Shown in pieces: positions 1 to 12,262 of a stretch of DNA of 42,751 nucleotides. Numbering within the stretch: position 1 is the stretch's first letter; each line of letters starts with the position of its first letter. The DNA is from Toensbergia leucococca (taxonomy: Eukaryota), in assembly GCA_022813965.1 (NCBI GenBank), contig JALDZS010000074.1, positions 62,001 to 104,751 on the forward strand, read 5' to 3'. The notes under the pieces were generated by a model. The model did no database searches. It was not told the DNA's origin and saw nothing but the letters and a program-made list of their open reading frames with translations. Position numbers and translations under genes: made by a program.

Positions 1-3000
1 CCTTTACGCAAATTTCCACCTCATCATCACCACTGCAGTTCAACAGCCCCTCATCATCTTTGAAATGAATGCTATTCAGAATGCCTTGAGTTCTCAATTT
101 GAGTTTCAAAGAACGCTGCTCTAGAATGAATGGTTGAGATTCAGGCCTGGGACCCCAAAGCTCCGAGGTAATGAATCTGTTCTTTTTGACATCAGGCACA
201 AAGCGAGGTATTTGAATAATACCTCTTCTTTCACAGAACTTCAAATCGCGGCCAGCCTTGTTTAAGGCAGGCCTAAAGGCATATTTGAAAGTATGATCAA
301 TAAGCTCGGCTGTTGAGATCTCTGACATTCGTTCCTGTGAGTCTAGATCGAGTGTGCACAGATCAAGACCAGCATTTTCTGACCTGATACTCCTGCTTAA
401 TCCAAGGGTCATGTTCGCATCGGGGTTGATGTCAGCAGCGCCTCTAGTCACTCAGAGGACTCCTTTGCTGCGGACCAATGTTTGTTGCAACTTGCTGAAA
501 TGGTACGCCGATAAGTTTCGCAACACTGGTTGGTCTAGTGCAACGACGATCCAGTAAGCACTTTCTTCTGGGTCAGTCTGCTCTAAAAGGGTTATGCAAG
601 GCTCCGTGATATTGCCTTTACTGAGCAAATTCACCAAGATTTGGGTCCATGTACTCTCACACAACTTGCTAATGGCGATTTTTGGTCGCAGTACCCGGCT
701 ACCTAGATCGGAAGTGGCGGTGGATATCATGACACTGCCAATAGTAGGCCCGTCCTGTTACGAGGCAAAACTGTCATCGAGACCGGAGAACCCTGTTCAA
801 AGGAGCACATCATTCCATTGCTGTTCACTCAGCGTTGGTGAGTCCTCCCTTTCGGGACCATCTGAGACCCACCATCCTAGAAGGAATCAGATTCATGACT
901 ATGGACAAGTTTCACAGAGTACATGACTTACCTGGAAGAGTCCCGAATAGCGCTGTCGACGTCGGTAATAGATTAGTGATCTCGATGAACAGAACTTTAC
1001 CGCCATCTTTCAAGAGCTTTCGGACGTTTTTCATCGTGTGATCCAAATGGGTAGTACAATGAAGCACGTAAGATGCAACAACAAGGTTGTAAGATCCCAC
1101 GTCGAAGCCTTGTGGTGTGGGGTCCTCTCCAATATCAAGTTTCACATATTCTATGAGCTCGCCCCAACGTTTAAGTCTATCTCTAGCTCTCCCAAAAAAG
1201 CCAGCTGAGATGTCAGTGAACGTGTAGCGGGATAATAGTGGGTGGTCTCCAACATTAAGCGCTTCTAACAGAGGGATGGTGCATGATCCAGTCCCTGCAC
1301 CAATCTCGAGGACCTTCATGTGGGGAACTTGGTGCGAGAAACATTTTCGGATCCACTGGGCGGTTATTGCATAGCTTTGTTGTAGTGGATCGTAACCCTG
1401 ATACCACCTCTCTAGGAGCTGATGATGTAACATTATCGAAAGGGGCTCGATTTCTCGTCGCCAAATATTTGGAAGTTGCTCTCCAATCTTGCAGGCTAGC
1501 CTACCACAATCATCCACGCATCTAATTGAATCAAGAAACAAACTCTTCTCTTCAAGAGTGCTATTCAGCCAAGTGGGCCTTTGAAATGGAAGGTTCCCAT
1601 CTAATCCGCGCGCCAGTAGCTTCTTAAAAACTCTATTAAATACTGCCTCTGATGATGGGGCAGAAGTCTTTGAACCTCGGATTCGGGAACCCTGTTCAGG
1701 GCCTCCTGGAGGTAAGAGAAAGTAGCCCGTTCGATTATTTGGAATTGAGTTGGCTCAAGGCTCGCTTCGCTGACGCTTGGCAGTATCTCCTGATATTGAG
1801 ACAGGCTAAGAAGGTCAAGACAGGCTTCCCATTGCGTCCGCTCGCAAAGGTCTCTGCTCGACGCGTCGTCATTTACATTCTGGCCTGGAAGAACAGAAGC
1901 TATCATGCTATTTATTTCAATGACGGGGGTTTTCCGGTCGCGAGAATTATCGAACACTACGATGGAAGAGCCTGTATCTTTGCCCTTCACTATGGTAGAT
2001 ATATAGTTCTGGAATCTATCGCGGGGCGTTTTGGGTATCCTGTGGGAAATTGAAAGAGTGTTGATGAAGTTTGGGACTCGCAAGGTGGCGGAAGTTATGA
2101 TGCCACCCTCCCAAGCCAAGAAGACGGGATGAACACAGGAGTCCAAGAATGCCGGGTGTATCGCGAAGTCGCTCTCAGAATTGTTTGGCATGATCGCGGC
2201 GGTGTCTGGAGCCTCGAGAGTTGCAATACAATGGCCAGCACATGCACGTGCGCCAACAACGTTTTGGAAGACTGGCCATATTCAAGCCCTACCCTTGAGA
2301 GATTGCTGTATGTCTTCGTGCAGTCCAATGAAGTTGAACAGAGCTTCTCCTGCTGCTCGATCGAGTCTCTGATAGCTGCCTCTCGACCTTGAGCAAATCT
2401 TTGGCCGTCAATTGGATTTGCTATCTTTGGAGTCTCGACAACCATAATCAGCCCTTGACAGTGCTCCGACCAGCCTGCCTCCGCGGTCCAGGAATAGATG
2501 AAGAATTCATCCCAGGACGTCGAGGAATTCCGCGAACCTTCGCGGTGCGCTTTCAGCGTCAGAGAAGTCTCAATCTCCGCCGAGTCTGGAAGCAAGAGTG
2601 GACGTTTGACAGAGATTTCTTTAAGTACATACTTGGAGGAATTCGTCATGGTGACACTACGCAGAATCGCGCGCTGATGGGCAGCCTCGATTATCATTGC
2701 AAGGAAGGCCGCCATGGGAAATACTGTGTTGCCCTGGATCTTATGCTGCGAAAGCCACGGTAGTCCTGACACGCGAAGAACACCTCGCCATCGAAGGTCC
2801 ATATCTTTGAAGTCATCTACGAGTACTCCAAGCAGATCAATACGAGGAAATTTCCTGCACCGATGGTTTTTACTCAGCCGCGACTCATACCAGAGAGTGT
2901 TTAAGTGCGTCCAGGAATAGGAGGGTACATCGCAAAGCAAATGCCCTTCTCCTTCCTGCGCCGCATGAATGGAATTAATTGCTGGAATGTCCACATCATA

Positions 3001-3660
3001 ACCCGTAGCGAATAAGGCTGAGGCAAGCCGAAGAACATCGATGTTTGCGTCTTGACCCCTGGAAAGGCTGGGAATGTATTTGATACTGGGACCCCAAATC
3101 TTGTTGTCTTTGAGAATCTCGTGGATGGGTGTCTTCAAGCTCGAATGGGGGCCAATTTCAATCAACATGTCAATGGCTCCCACGCTATTGCTATGACCAT
3201 CGGCGCACATTGCCTGTATGACTTGGTGAAAACGAACAGGATTTGTCATATTTTGGCACCATTACCGCGCATCGAGTGTCTTTAGTTGAGTCCGCTGCCC
3301 TTCTAAGGAAGAAAAGTATTTCACGGAGTCGTCTCGTGAGCCGAATCGGACGGTCTTAATCGCCTCGAGGTAGTCTTGTGCAATTTCCTCCATGTGGCTA
3401 GAATGATATGCAACATCAACTTTCATTCTTCGCGCAAAGATCCCCTTGTCTTTTGCTAATACCTGTAGCTCTAAGATGGCGTTTTCGTCACCAGACACGG
3501 TAATCAACCTCGGACTGTTGAAGCATGCAATAGCGGCAGTCCCATTTTTGATGTTTTGAACAAGAGCCTGCACTTCATTTTGGGAAGCCCCAAGAGCCAA
3601 CATTGCCCCACGGCGGGATGCTCCATCACCATGCCTTAGGGCTTGCTTTGCTGCTTGAAC
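1..3660 (-). pseudogene. Degraded highly-reducing type I polyketide synthase fragment (C-terminal half of AT, DH, C-methyltransferase, KR-structural linker, start of ER; runs off the left edge)
   Basis: AT motifs GAMLALG, IACFNSPRLITVSGD, VDVAYHSSHM; DH motifs LPWLSQHKIQGNTVFP and IHPAFLD; cMT KVLEIGAGTG and YTFTDISAGFF; GLSRSIRSEN and DDEVEICVK near the edge. In-frame TAA at 3262-3264 replaces the Tyr of the YW..N motif; 1-bp deletion frameshift near 2275 (GLEYG|PVFQN); further breaks near 1540-1650. No GHSxG or KS domain upstream of ~3660. Confidence 0.9.
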
Positions 3661-3930
3661 ACTTGACCTGATCCAGTAATATTTGCAGACTTCAGCTTGA
3701 CCTACTGCACCATGATGATTGATGGCTCTTCATAGATGCTATGCGAGTACAGCACACCATCCGAAGGGATACCAGCCATGGCCTACATAGATGCTCGCGA
3801 AAAAGAGGGGACGGCCGCTTAACAAGGTGAAGTGGACTGCAGACCAGCGCTGGTGAGCGTGGGAACATGCTTAGTGTCTGATCGGCGACATCAATTGAGG
3901 GGTCAAGATGATGGGTGATGTTTGAGCTCA

Positions 3931-4486
3931 ATCGATGCTCACCAGATCCAGGATATCCTCGAGCTACGCGAGAAGCCCGAAACGAGAGACAAGTTCAAGG
4001 AATACCTCGCCAAGAACCTCGATAAATGCCAAAGTGATGGGCGTCGATCATCATCTCGCTGGCGAACAAAAAGGTGGTGAAGCCTTCTTCCAGTAAGTGT
4101 TCCGCATCTTCAAAAGCATCCTGATAAATTTCAACTGACCGGAAGAAATTCATTAGATATATTGCCGAGGAATTGGTAAACGTGATGGACGAAACAAAGC
4201 CTTTCAAGAACGAAACAATCAATGTCATTGGAGGAGGAGATAGTCCCTGGGCCAGCTATGAAGGCAAAAGCACAGCAAAGTCCAAATCTGGTAGGTTCAA
4301 GCTATCAAACACGCAGGAGCAAGGCTTAATGTGTCGTTGCCTGTAGGGAAAAAGTGGGAGCACGAGTTCGTGTACGTGATGCGCTTCAACCTCGACGGCA
4401 AAATCTCCAAGATCCGCGCATACTTTGATACGGCTCACGTCAATACCCATATCGAGGCACACAAGCAGAAGCAAAATGGTTCTTAG
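3931..4486 (+). pseudogene. SnoaL/NTF2-like small protein gene, frameshifted and 5'-truncated
   Basis: Manual splicing (introns 4093-4156 GTAAGT..TAG and 4291-4346 GTAGGT..TAG) gives ...AKVMGVDHHLAGEQKGGEAFFQYIAEELVNVMDETKPFKNETINVIGGGDSPWASYEGKSTAKSKSGKKWEHEFVYVMRFNLDGKISKIRAYFDTAHV...*, typical of fungal SnoaL-like proteins (GKI..IRAYFD). Frameshift at ~4024-4027 and no in-frame ATG upstream (TGA at 3916). Not visible in the ORF track. Confidence 0.7.
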
Positions 4487-4812
4487 CACAGCCCTCCATT
4501 CAAGAAGTCGGGCCACGCAGGGGGGCTGGGGGGGTACGGGAGAGCTTGTGGTACCAGGAGCCAGGCTCGCTAGGGTTTTTGCGGGGCCAGGATTGGTGCG
4601 TGGAGGGGCTCGAGGGGTAGGGGGAAGTGGCTAGGGTTACAGAGTACGTGGGGGGGCGCACTCAACCTCGAATATCCGTAGAATATCCACTAATTATCCG
4701 TATTTTTGGCGATGCTGGGCAGACCGTATTATTCGTGTATTCTTGCCATGAGTGCCATGGATAACAATTCCATCGAATACTAGATTTTCATGTTGACTTT
4801 GAACTTATTCTA

Positions 4813-6465
4813 ATGCTTCACACGCTCCGTTTCTTTCACATGTTTTCAATCCTTCAGCGCATTACAATTGTATTTGTATCGCTATCAGTATCTTCCACAG
4901 TCTACCTGTATTGCTACCCTACCTTTCACCGCTGCAAGTTTCCCTCCCAGCACGCGTCTGCCAATACCTCGGTGTGGAGTATAATCAAAAGCTGGAACGA
5001 GACGCCTGCCCACCCGCCAGCACCTTTCCGCCTTCTAGCTCTCGGGGATCCTCAATTGGAGGGCGATTCGTCGCTACCAAATCACGAGGACAGCTACTTT
5101 CCCTGCCTCCGCTCCGTCTGGTCTGAACTTCTCGTGGTAAATTCAACATATGAATACCTTCAGACGATCAAAACTTGCCTTCAGAATATCGTCACTATCA
5201 ACCTGCCGCTAGTATTGCAGCTGTACCGCAAGCGCCTTGACCTTTTTGGTAATGATTACTATCTTGCTCACATTTACCACACCTTGTACTCTTCCACACA
5301 ACCCACGCACGTTACGGTACTGGGGGACTTATTGGGTAGCCAATGGATAAGTGACGACGAGTTTGAGCGCAGAGGGTGGAGGTTTTGGCAAAGAGTCCTG
5401 CAACATGGTCTGAAGGTAGAAGATGACGTATCTGGGAAAAAGGGCGTGGACATATTGGGACACAACAAGATTTGGGGAAGGAGAGTCATCAACGTTGCTG
5501 GCAACCACGATGTAGGATATGCAGGCGATATGACGGCAGAGAATGTGCAAAGATTTGAGAAGGTTTTTGGAAAGGTAAATTGGGAGGTCACATTCCGCCT
5601 TCCTAGGGATTCCTCCAATAGCACTATAGCCGACGATAGCGAAGAGCTGCCTGAACTCAGGATTGTGGTCTTGAACTCTCTTAATCTCGATACACCTGCC
5701 CTCGACGAAGATTTGCAAGGCGAAACCTACAATTTTCTTAATGAGGTCATCGTTACTTCTCGCCCTGTCGAAGACAGAACTGTTGGCACAATTCTTCTCA
5801 CCCATCTACCCCTACACAAGAAAGACGGCATATGTGTTGACGGCCCTTATTTCAGCTTCCATACTGGTGATCTCGGAGGAGGGCTTAAAGAACAAAATCA
5901 CTTAAGCTACGACGCCGGCAAGAGTATATTGGAGGGTATTTTTGGTATGAGCAGCAACAAAGACGGACCTGGAAAAGGAACCGGCCGAAATGGTATAATT
6001 TTGACTGGGCATGATCACGAAGGCTGCGACGTCTATCATCATCTGCCCGATGACGTGTCGAGCGACTTACGGAAATGGGAGGCAACTCGATGGTGTTACG
6101 CTGGCCCGGCTCAGAATCACACTATCCCGGGGATTCGTGAGATTACCGTGCGGAGTATGATGGGTGAATTCGGTGGGAACGCTGGGCTCCTGAGTGCCTG
6201 GTTCGACTACCAGGCTGGGGAATGGCGTTTTGAGTATTCGTCGTGCTCGGTCGGAATCCAGCATATTTGGTGGGCCATACACGTTTTGGATGCTATCACG
6301 CTTGCATTGCTACTGTTTGTCCTTGCGACAGCTGTGGTAAGCCCTAATGCGATGATCATCGGAACTGGTATGGTCGAAATCAAATCCACGAAAGATGCGC
6401 ATGATTCATCGAGCCTTGCCATGGATAAGCAAGTGGAAGCTAGGGAATTAAGTGAGACAAAATAG
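4813..6465 (+). CDS. TED1: Calcineurin-like metallophosphoesterase, Ted1/PGAP5 family (GPI remodelling)
   Basis: Intronless 550-aa ORF with N- and C-terminal hydrophobic segments and motifs LGDPQLEGD, DLFGNDYYLAHIY, VLGDLLGSQWISDDEFERR, AGNHDVGY, ILLTHLPLHK, ILTGHDHEGCD. Start may be 4813 or 4840. Confidence 0.85.
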   Translation: MLHTLRFFHMFSILQRITIVFVSLSVSSTVYLYCYPTFHRCKFPSQHASANTSVWSIIKSWNETPAHPPAPFRLLALGDPQLEGDSSLPNHEDSYFPCLRSVWSELLVVNSTYEYLQTIKTCLQNIVTINLPLVLQLYRKRLDLFGNDYYLAHIYHTLYSSTQPTHVTVLGDLLGSQWISDDEFERRGWRFWQRVLQHGLKVEDDVSGKKGVDILGHNKIWGRRVINVAGNHDVGYAGDMTAENVQRFEKVFGKVNWEVTFRLPRDSSNSTIADDSEELPELRIVVLNSLNLDTPALDEDLQGETYNFLNEVIVTSRPVEDRTVGTILLTHLPLHKKDGICVDGPYFSFHTGDLGGGLKEQNHLSYDAGKSILEGIFGMSSNKDGPGKGTGRNGIILTGHDHEGCDVYHHLPDDVSSDLRKWEATRWCYAGPAQNHTIPGIREITVRSMMGEFGGNAGLLSAWFDYQAGEWRFEYSSCSVGIQHIWWAIHVLDAITLALLLFVLATAVVSPNAMIIGTGMVEIKSTKDAHDSSSLAMDKQVEARELSETK

Positions 6466-7180
6466 CCTCAGTGCGGCTAGGGCAGGCCATTGTTTAAGTG
6501 TGGCTCGTCTAAGGTAGGTATTAGCTCTTCAACAACAAGGCAAACTACTGAGGAGAGAGGGGATTTAGTGATATTTTACCTTCAAATATTTTGAGCGATG
6601 CCGACTACTAGATGATCACGAAAAGGTTCCCCCTTGCCAACGTGGAACCGCATTGCGAGACCGAAAATCGTGCGGCAAGCCTGACCGCCACTTAGCGATA
6701 TACAAGGAAATAGAAGGGGGATTTCGCCAATGTGTGCCGTGTCTTGGGATGATTCTAGGGGTCCGCATATGTACGAGATGCAGGCAGAATCAGGCAATCA
6801 TTGGGGCGACCAGTCCCAGACCCTTGCATCCTGCCAACCTGCCTCCCGGTAACGATGTTATTTCCATCCACTTTCCAGTACCTGCATCTAACCGGTAAGA
6901 AGCTGAAGAAAAAGCAATGTGCTAGCCTCCCTTTCCACCAATCAACGCTTGACAGCAGTCGCCGCCTTCTAGAATCGAGGCTAGAAGCTACCTGCAGAAA
7001 CCGGTGACACCCAATTAGTGCCGACTACCCTAATATTGGGGAGCCCGAATAATAGTGTGGGCCGATCATCAGGTTTCCCATTGTGACGGGTTTTGATTAA
7101 GATCTTTTTAACCTGTTGTACAACTCGCCTGCCTGCATTGCTGGCACCACTCTTTTCTACGCTTTGCGCATGTCCTCCAA

Positions 7181-8129
7181 ATGGCCCCAAGAATACCTGC
7201 AGAAGTCTGGGAAGAGCGCAAAGGAGAGATTCTCCGTCTTTATCTGGACAAAGGCTTTACCTTGGGACCTGTCATGAGAGCAATGCAGAGCCAAGATTTC
7301 AATCCTACGTAAGTTTCTCACTTGGGATGCCACGATGAATACTAATCATGGTAACAGCGAGTCTCAGTATAGAACCAAGCTAAAGCAGTGGAAACGTAGA
7401 AAGCCGAGAAAGTGTCGAAAACAGAAAACCGAGTCAATAGGGGGACAAGACGCATCTCTACATTCAGCAAATCTAAGCTCTGAATCTCTGTCACATCCAA
7501 GCACTTGTATCTCTGAGTCGAATAGCAATCCTTCAATTTTCAGGTGGGTTCTTTACCTCGCTGCACCGAATTACCGCTCAATTGTAAAAGTCCACCACAC
7601 ATTACATCTCATCATTCAATCGAGGTGAAAGAGTATAGGTTAGCTCTCCGAATCCCAACTTGTCATCTTGAGCTGAGTCTTTGGTAGCAACACTCTACAA
7701 ACTACCCCGAGCAGTACAAATTTCGATCTCCTACATCCTTTTGATCCGAACTGGTATCCACTGGCCCATTCTTTCGAACAATCACAGCATTCAACAGCAA
7801 TAGTACCAGATCCTGCTGCATCATTATCGTACTCGGACGAACAGTACCATATTCCAAGTCTTCGACGCAAAAGTCTAGTGGAAGCCCAGCAAGCAAGCCA
7901 CAACCAGCCACGAGTGTCAAGAGATGTGCGCTGTCGTTCTCGCAGTAGTGAAAAACCGCTTCTACCAGTTCAAGGCCAGGATAATGTAGCAATGGCCCCG
8001 AAGCTACCACAATCTCAGTCCTGGCTTCACGTGCCGGAGCAGGCGTTTGAGCAGTCGTCTGTGTCACAGGCAGATTACGGATCAGGGACTATGCCTGCCC
8101 CTGAAGTGTATCATCAGTGGTGGCAGTAA
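7181..8129 (+). CDS. Small Clr5-domain protein
   Basis: Exon 1 (7181-7308) MAPRIPAEVWEERKGEILRLYLDKGFTLGPVMRAMQSQDFNP, intron 7309-7357, exon 2 TESQYRTKLKQWKRRKPRK; matches the Clr5 pattern W...k..I..LY......L..V...M....F......Y...L..W...K. Probable intron 7544-7687, then an S/P/Q-rich exon ending WWQ* at 8129. Confidence 0.7.
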
Positions 8130-8649
8130 GAAGTACGCAGCCTGTAATCTTGCTTCTTTGTTTGTACGAATATCGGCTTGTTCCTCTTTAATTGTGTAAT
8201 TTTCGACGCAGCGGTGTATGATAGTTGGGCGGTCAAAGAAGTGTGTTATGGGACGACAGCATAGAAGTCCTTCTTTCACGTTTACGTATAAAGCAGTCGG
8301 GCGCATCTTGGATACAACACTGTACTATAATTTGCTCTTACATTTTAGATCTTAGTCAGTCTGACAAGCAGACGAAGCAAAACGTTGCTTTGGCATCCGG
8401 GATAGGTAGGGCTTTGGAATAAGCAGCGGGCTCCAGAATTACCCAGGCCTCAACCAGCTACGAGTACTTACTTGTCATATAAATATTGCACAAGGGTCTC
8501 TTGCGTGGGTCAAATTCTGTCTTGGTGTTTGATGAATTCACGTGGTGCAGAATAAAAAGTCAATTCAGAAGCTCCTTCGCTCTCAATTATTATACCCCCC
8601 ACCACTACGTCAGACATGAACAACCACCGACAATTCTTCCCTCTAGCCC

Positions 8650-11003
8650 ATGGCTGTACAGGCTCTTTCGACATACCTCAAGCACTGCCAAAAATCTATA
8701 CATCCTTCACACTGGCAGAGGCAGTCGTTCATCGCGCCAGTTGGTGCCTCATCCGCCCGGAACATGTCTTCTAATCCATCCAAGGACACAATCCATCCCA
8801 ATTTTGGCAACCTTCCGCTGTCAACGTCGGGTCCGGAAGAATGTGCCTTGACTGTGAGAAGCTCTGCCTATTGCTTTTAATCCTTCTCTAACGGCTCATT
8901 CTAGGGTTCCGCCTTGTTGAGATCCCCATACCACAACAAAGGGTCTGCTTTTACTGCCAAGGAACGGAAAGAGTTCAAACTCCATGGCATGCTCCCTCCA
9001 AACGTCCAGAGCCTGCAGGAACAAGTGAATCGGGCATATGAGCAGTACAGCAGCCGTTCTGGTGACCTTGCCAAGAATACCTTCATGACGAGCATGAAAG
9101 AGCAGAATGAGGTTCTCTACTATCGGGTACCTCGGCCGAATCGGACTATATCATGGAACAAGACCGCTGACCGGATCTTGTGGGACTGCAGTTGATACAA
9201 GACCACTTAAAGGAGATGTTCAGTATCATTTACACGCCTACAGAAGGTGATGCAATCCAGAACTTCTCAAGACTCTTCCGCAGACCCGAAGGTTGCTTTT
9301 TGAACATATCCGACCAAGAGAGAATAGAGAATGATTTGGCTCAATGGGGGGATCCGGAGGATATTGATTACATTGTAGTGACTGATGGGGAAGAAGTACC
9401 GTCTTCCTCCAAGCCTAAGAAGGGCTAGCAAAAGCAAAGACTTACGTGGGCAATGACAGATCCTGGGTATTGGTGATCAAGGAGTCGGTGGTATCCTGAT
9501 CAGTGTGGCTAAACTCGTACTTACCACTTTGTGCGCTGGCATCCACCCCTCCCGGACGTTGCCTGTTGTTCTAGACTGTGGAACTGATGTGGGTGAAATC
9601 ATCCTATTGAGGCAGACCTTGCAGGAGCTAAGTCTGGACTACCACATAGAATGAGGAACTATTGAATGACAAGCTTTACCTCGGCCTTCGACAGCGTCGT
9701 GTCCGAGGTGAAAAGTATGACGAATTCGTGGAGAAATTCGTTCAGTCAGCGCACAAGCTCTATCCCAGGGCATATATTCATTTGTAAGCTCCATTTGTAC
9801 TCATGTTTCAAAGACGTCAAGCTTATCCGAATGATACTGTAGTGAGGACTTTGGGCTGCCCAATGCAAGGAAAATACTTGACAGGTATAGGTCTCAAGTT
9901 GCCTGCTTCAATGACGATGTCCAAGGCACTGGCGCTGTCACATTAGCAGCGATAATGGGTGGTCTACATATAACGAAGCTGAATTTAACTGATATGAGAT
10001 TGGTCATCTTTGGTTCCGGAACAGCGGGTACTGGCATCGCAGATCAAATCCGAGATGCCATTGCTACGGAAAGTGGAAAGTCCAAAGAAGATTCTGCGCA
10101 GCAGATTTGGTGAGTACCTGCTTGTTCACTGCTAGGAAACATATTTTGACTAATTCTTTAGGTGTGTCGACAAACCTGGTCTTCTGCTCAAGTCCCAAGG
10201 TGATAATCTTACCCCCGCACAAGTATCTTTTGCACGAAACGATGAGGATTGGAAAGGGAAAGATCATGCAGACCTCCTATCTGTTGTCAAGGAGGTGAAA
10301 CCACACGTTCTTATCGGAACTTCGACAAAGCCAAAAGCCTTCACTGAGGAGATTGTCAAAGAAATGGCAAAGCATGTGGATCGGCCCATTATTTTCCCAT
10401 TAAGCAATCCTACAAGACTACATGAGGCTGATCCAAAGGACATCAATGAATGGACAAAGGGTAAAGCCTTGATATCTACCGGTAGTCCTTTTCCTCCTGT
10501 TGAATACGATGGGAAGAAATATGAAGTCGGTAAGTTATAACACAGGTCTTTGGACCTAAAACTTGGCCTCGCTCTGGATGGAAAGTTAGCTGACAATGTC
10601 AAAAGCTGAATGCAACAATTCCACTTGTTTCCCAGGAATCGGTCTCGGCGCAGTCCTCTCTCGTGCACGTCTCCTTTCAGACAAAATGCTCGTAGCTGCC
10701 GTAAAGTCCCTTGCGTCACAATCACCAGCTCTGAAAGATCCCAACAAAGGCCTTCTTCCAGATGTGGTCAATGTTCGAGAAATTAGTGTTCATATTGCCA
10801 AGGCGGTGATCCGTCAAGCGGTGGAAGAAGGACTTGCTACCGAGACAGGTATCCCGGATGACGATGGAGAGTTGGAAGAATGGGTAAGAGAACAGATGTG
10901 GGAACCAAGATATAGGTCGTTGGTTCGGGTTGATATGGATAAGGCGAGTAAGCATGCAAAGGGAGAGCTGGGCGTCGGAGGCGTAAGAAGAGAGGGCATG
11001 TAA
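8650..11003 (+). CDS. MAE1: NAD-dependent malic enzyme, mitochondrial (multi-exon)
   Basis: [90 protein letters not shown]-terminal presequence-like segment; several GT-AG introns. Confidence 0.93.
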
Positions 11004-11713
11004 GTTTGTCTAAGCCTCTACCGGGTAAGTGGGATTTTCTTTGAGGTGCTTTGCTTTTTCTTGGGGAGCTGGCTTTGAGAATATGGAAATTATTGCTCAC
11101 TGAAAACGACTGCTGTCAAGCTTTAGATGTTCAATTTCAATTTTTCTTCATCCCTCTAATTTTCATAGTACAATTACTCATTCGTTCTCCCCACATCCTG
11201 AAAACCACCAGTCAAAGTTCCTGCCGTTCATTGTCCATCCTTCCACACATGCACAGTCCCCAACGCAGTCTCTCCCCAAATCCAGCCCCCTGCCCCACCG
11301 TGGGATCTTCACAGGGTCTTCAAGGACTCGTCAATATGGGACGCGTCATGCATCCCTATTTGCGAGAGGCAGAGGAAGAGTTCTGCTAGATTGAACAAGG
11401 GAGGATCATAGTTCATGTCGTTCTTCGAATGCTCGGTTTCAATGGACTGTGGATGAGATGCAGTAGGCGGGATGACTCCTTGAGCTCCTACATGAACTTT
11501 TTGGGTGGAGTCAGAGTGTGAGAGAAAGGAGCAGGGAACGGTAGGAACGATCGAGGGCGATGGGTAAGTTGGCCGAACGGTTTCGAGCATTTATTAGGTT
11601 CTATTTGGAATAGTAGCACCACCATCATCAGAACGAGATCAGCTTTCCTTTTGACTCGGATAGCAAAATGCGCCCATTGTTTTTTTGATTTCTTAGAAAG
11701 CCCAGAGTACGAG

Positions 11714-12058
11714 TCATACAGATGCAGGCTGTTGAATATCAGTTCAGAACTTTGAAACAGTGCCTAGGATTGCCCGTGCTGTGCATTTCGTGCTTGCTTT
11801 ACCTTTTCGGCTATTTAACCTGGGCTTAGTGTTGAGATTATCCACAGCGAGCAAAGGAAGAGACATACAATACAGATACATCGGAAATTCCAGTTGGAAA
11901 TGGCTCGTGTTTACAATTGAATAAAAAGCCTCGAACGAGATGGAAAAAGGGGAAATGACTGTGATTCATCGCTAACAAAGAAAAAGACCCCAGACTCGCA
12001 AACCTCGCATCAAGAAAAGAAGATAAACCCCAATTTCCTTGCCCTTTTTACTGCCCCC
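11714..12058. repeat. Left arm of ~350-bp inverted repeat
   Basis: TCATACAGATGCAGGCTGTTGAATA...CCAATTTCCTTGCCCTTTTTA is the reverse complement of 13703-14057, >90% identical by manual alignment. Confidence 0.95.
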
Positions 12059-12262
12059 AAACTCGATATCCGAAATCTTTCCAAAAGTCCACTCACCTTC
12101 CGTTCCACACAAACCAAGAACAGAAAAAAAAACTCCCACCCCGAAAAAAACCAAGGAAAAAAAACCCCCCCTTCCTTTCAGCCCGTGATCCCTATCCACT
12201 CTCCTCTTCTCCACAATATCCCCCAAACCCCCCCCAAAACAAAGAAAAAAAAACAAATCTAC

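Noticed and set aside
11309..11590. 93-aa minus-strand ATG ORF just outside the left inverted-repeat arm
   Set aside because: No recognisable motif and no similarity to the orphan gene; cannot be supported as a gene.
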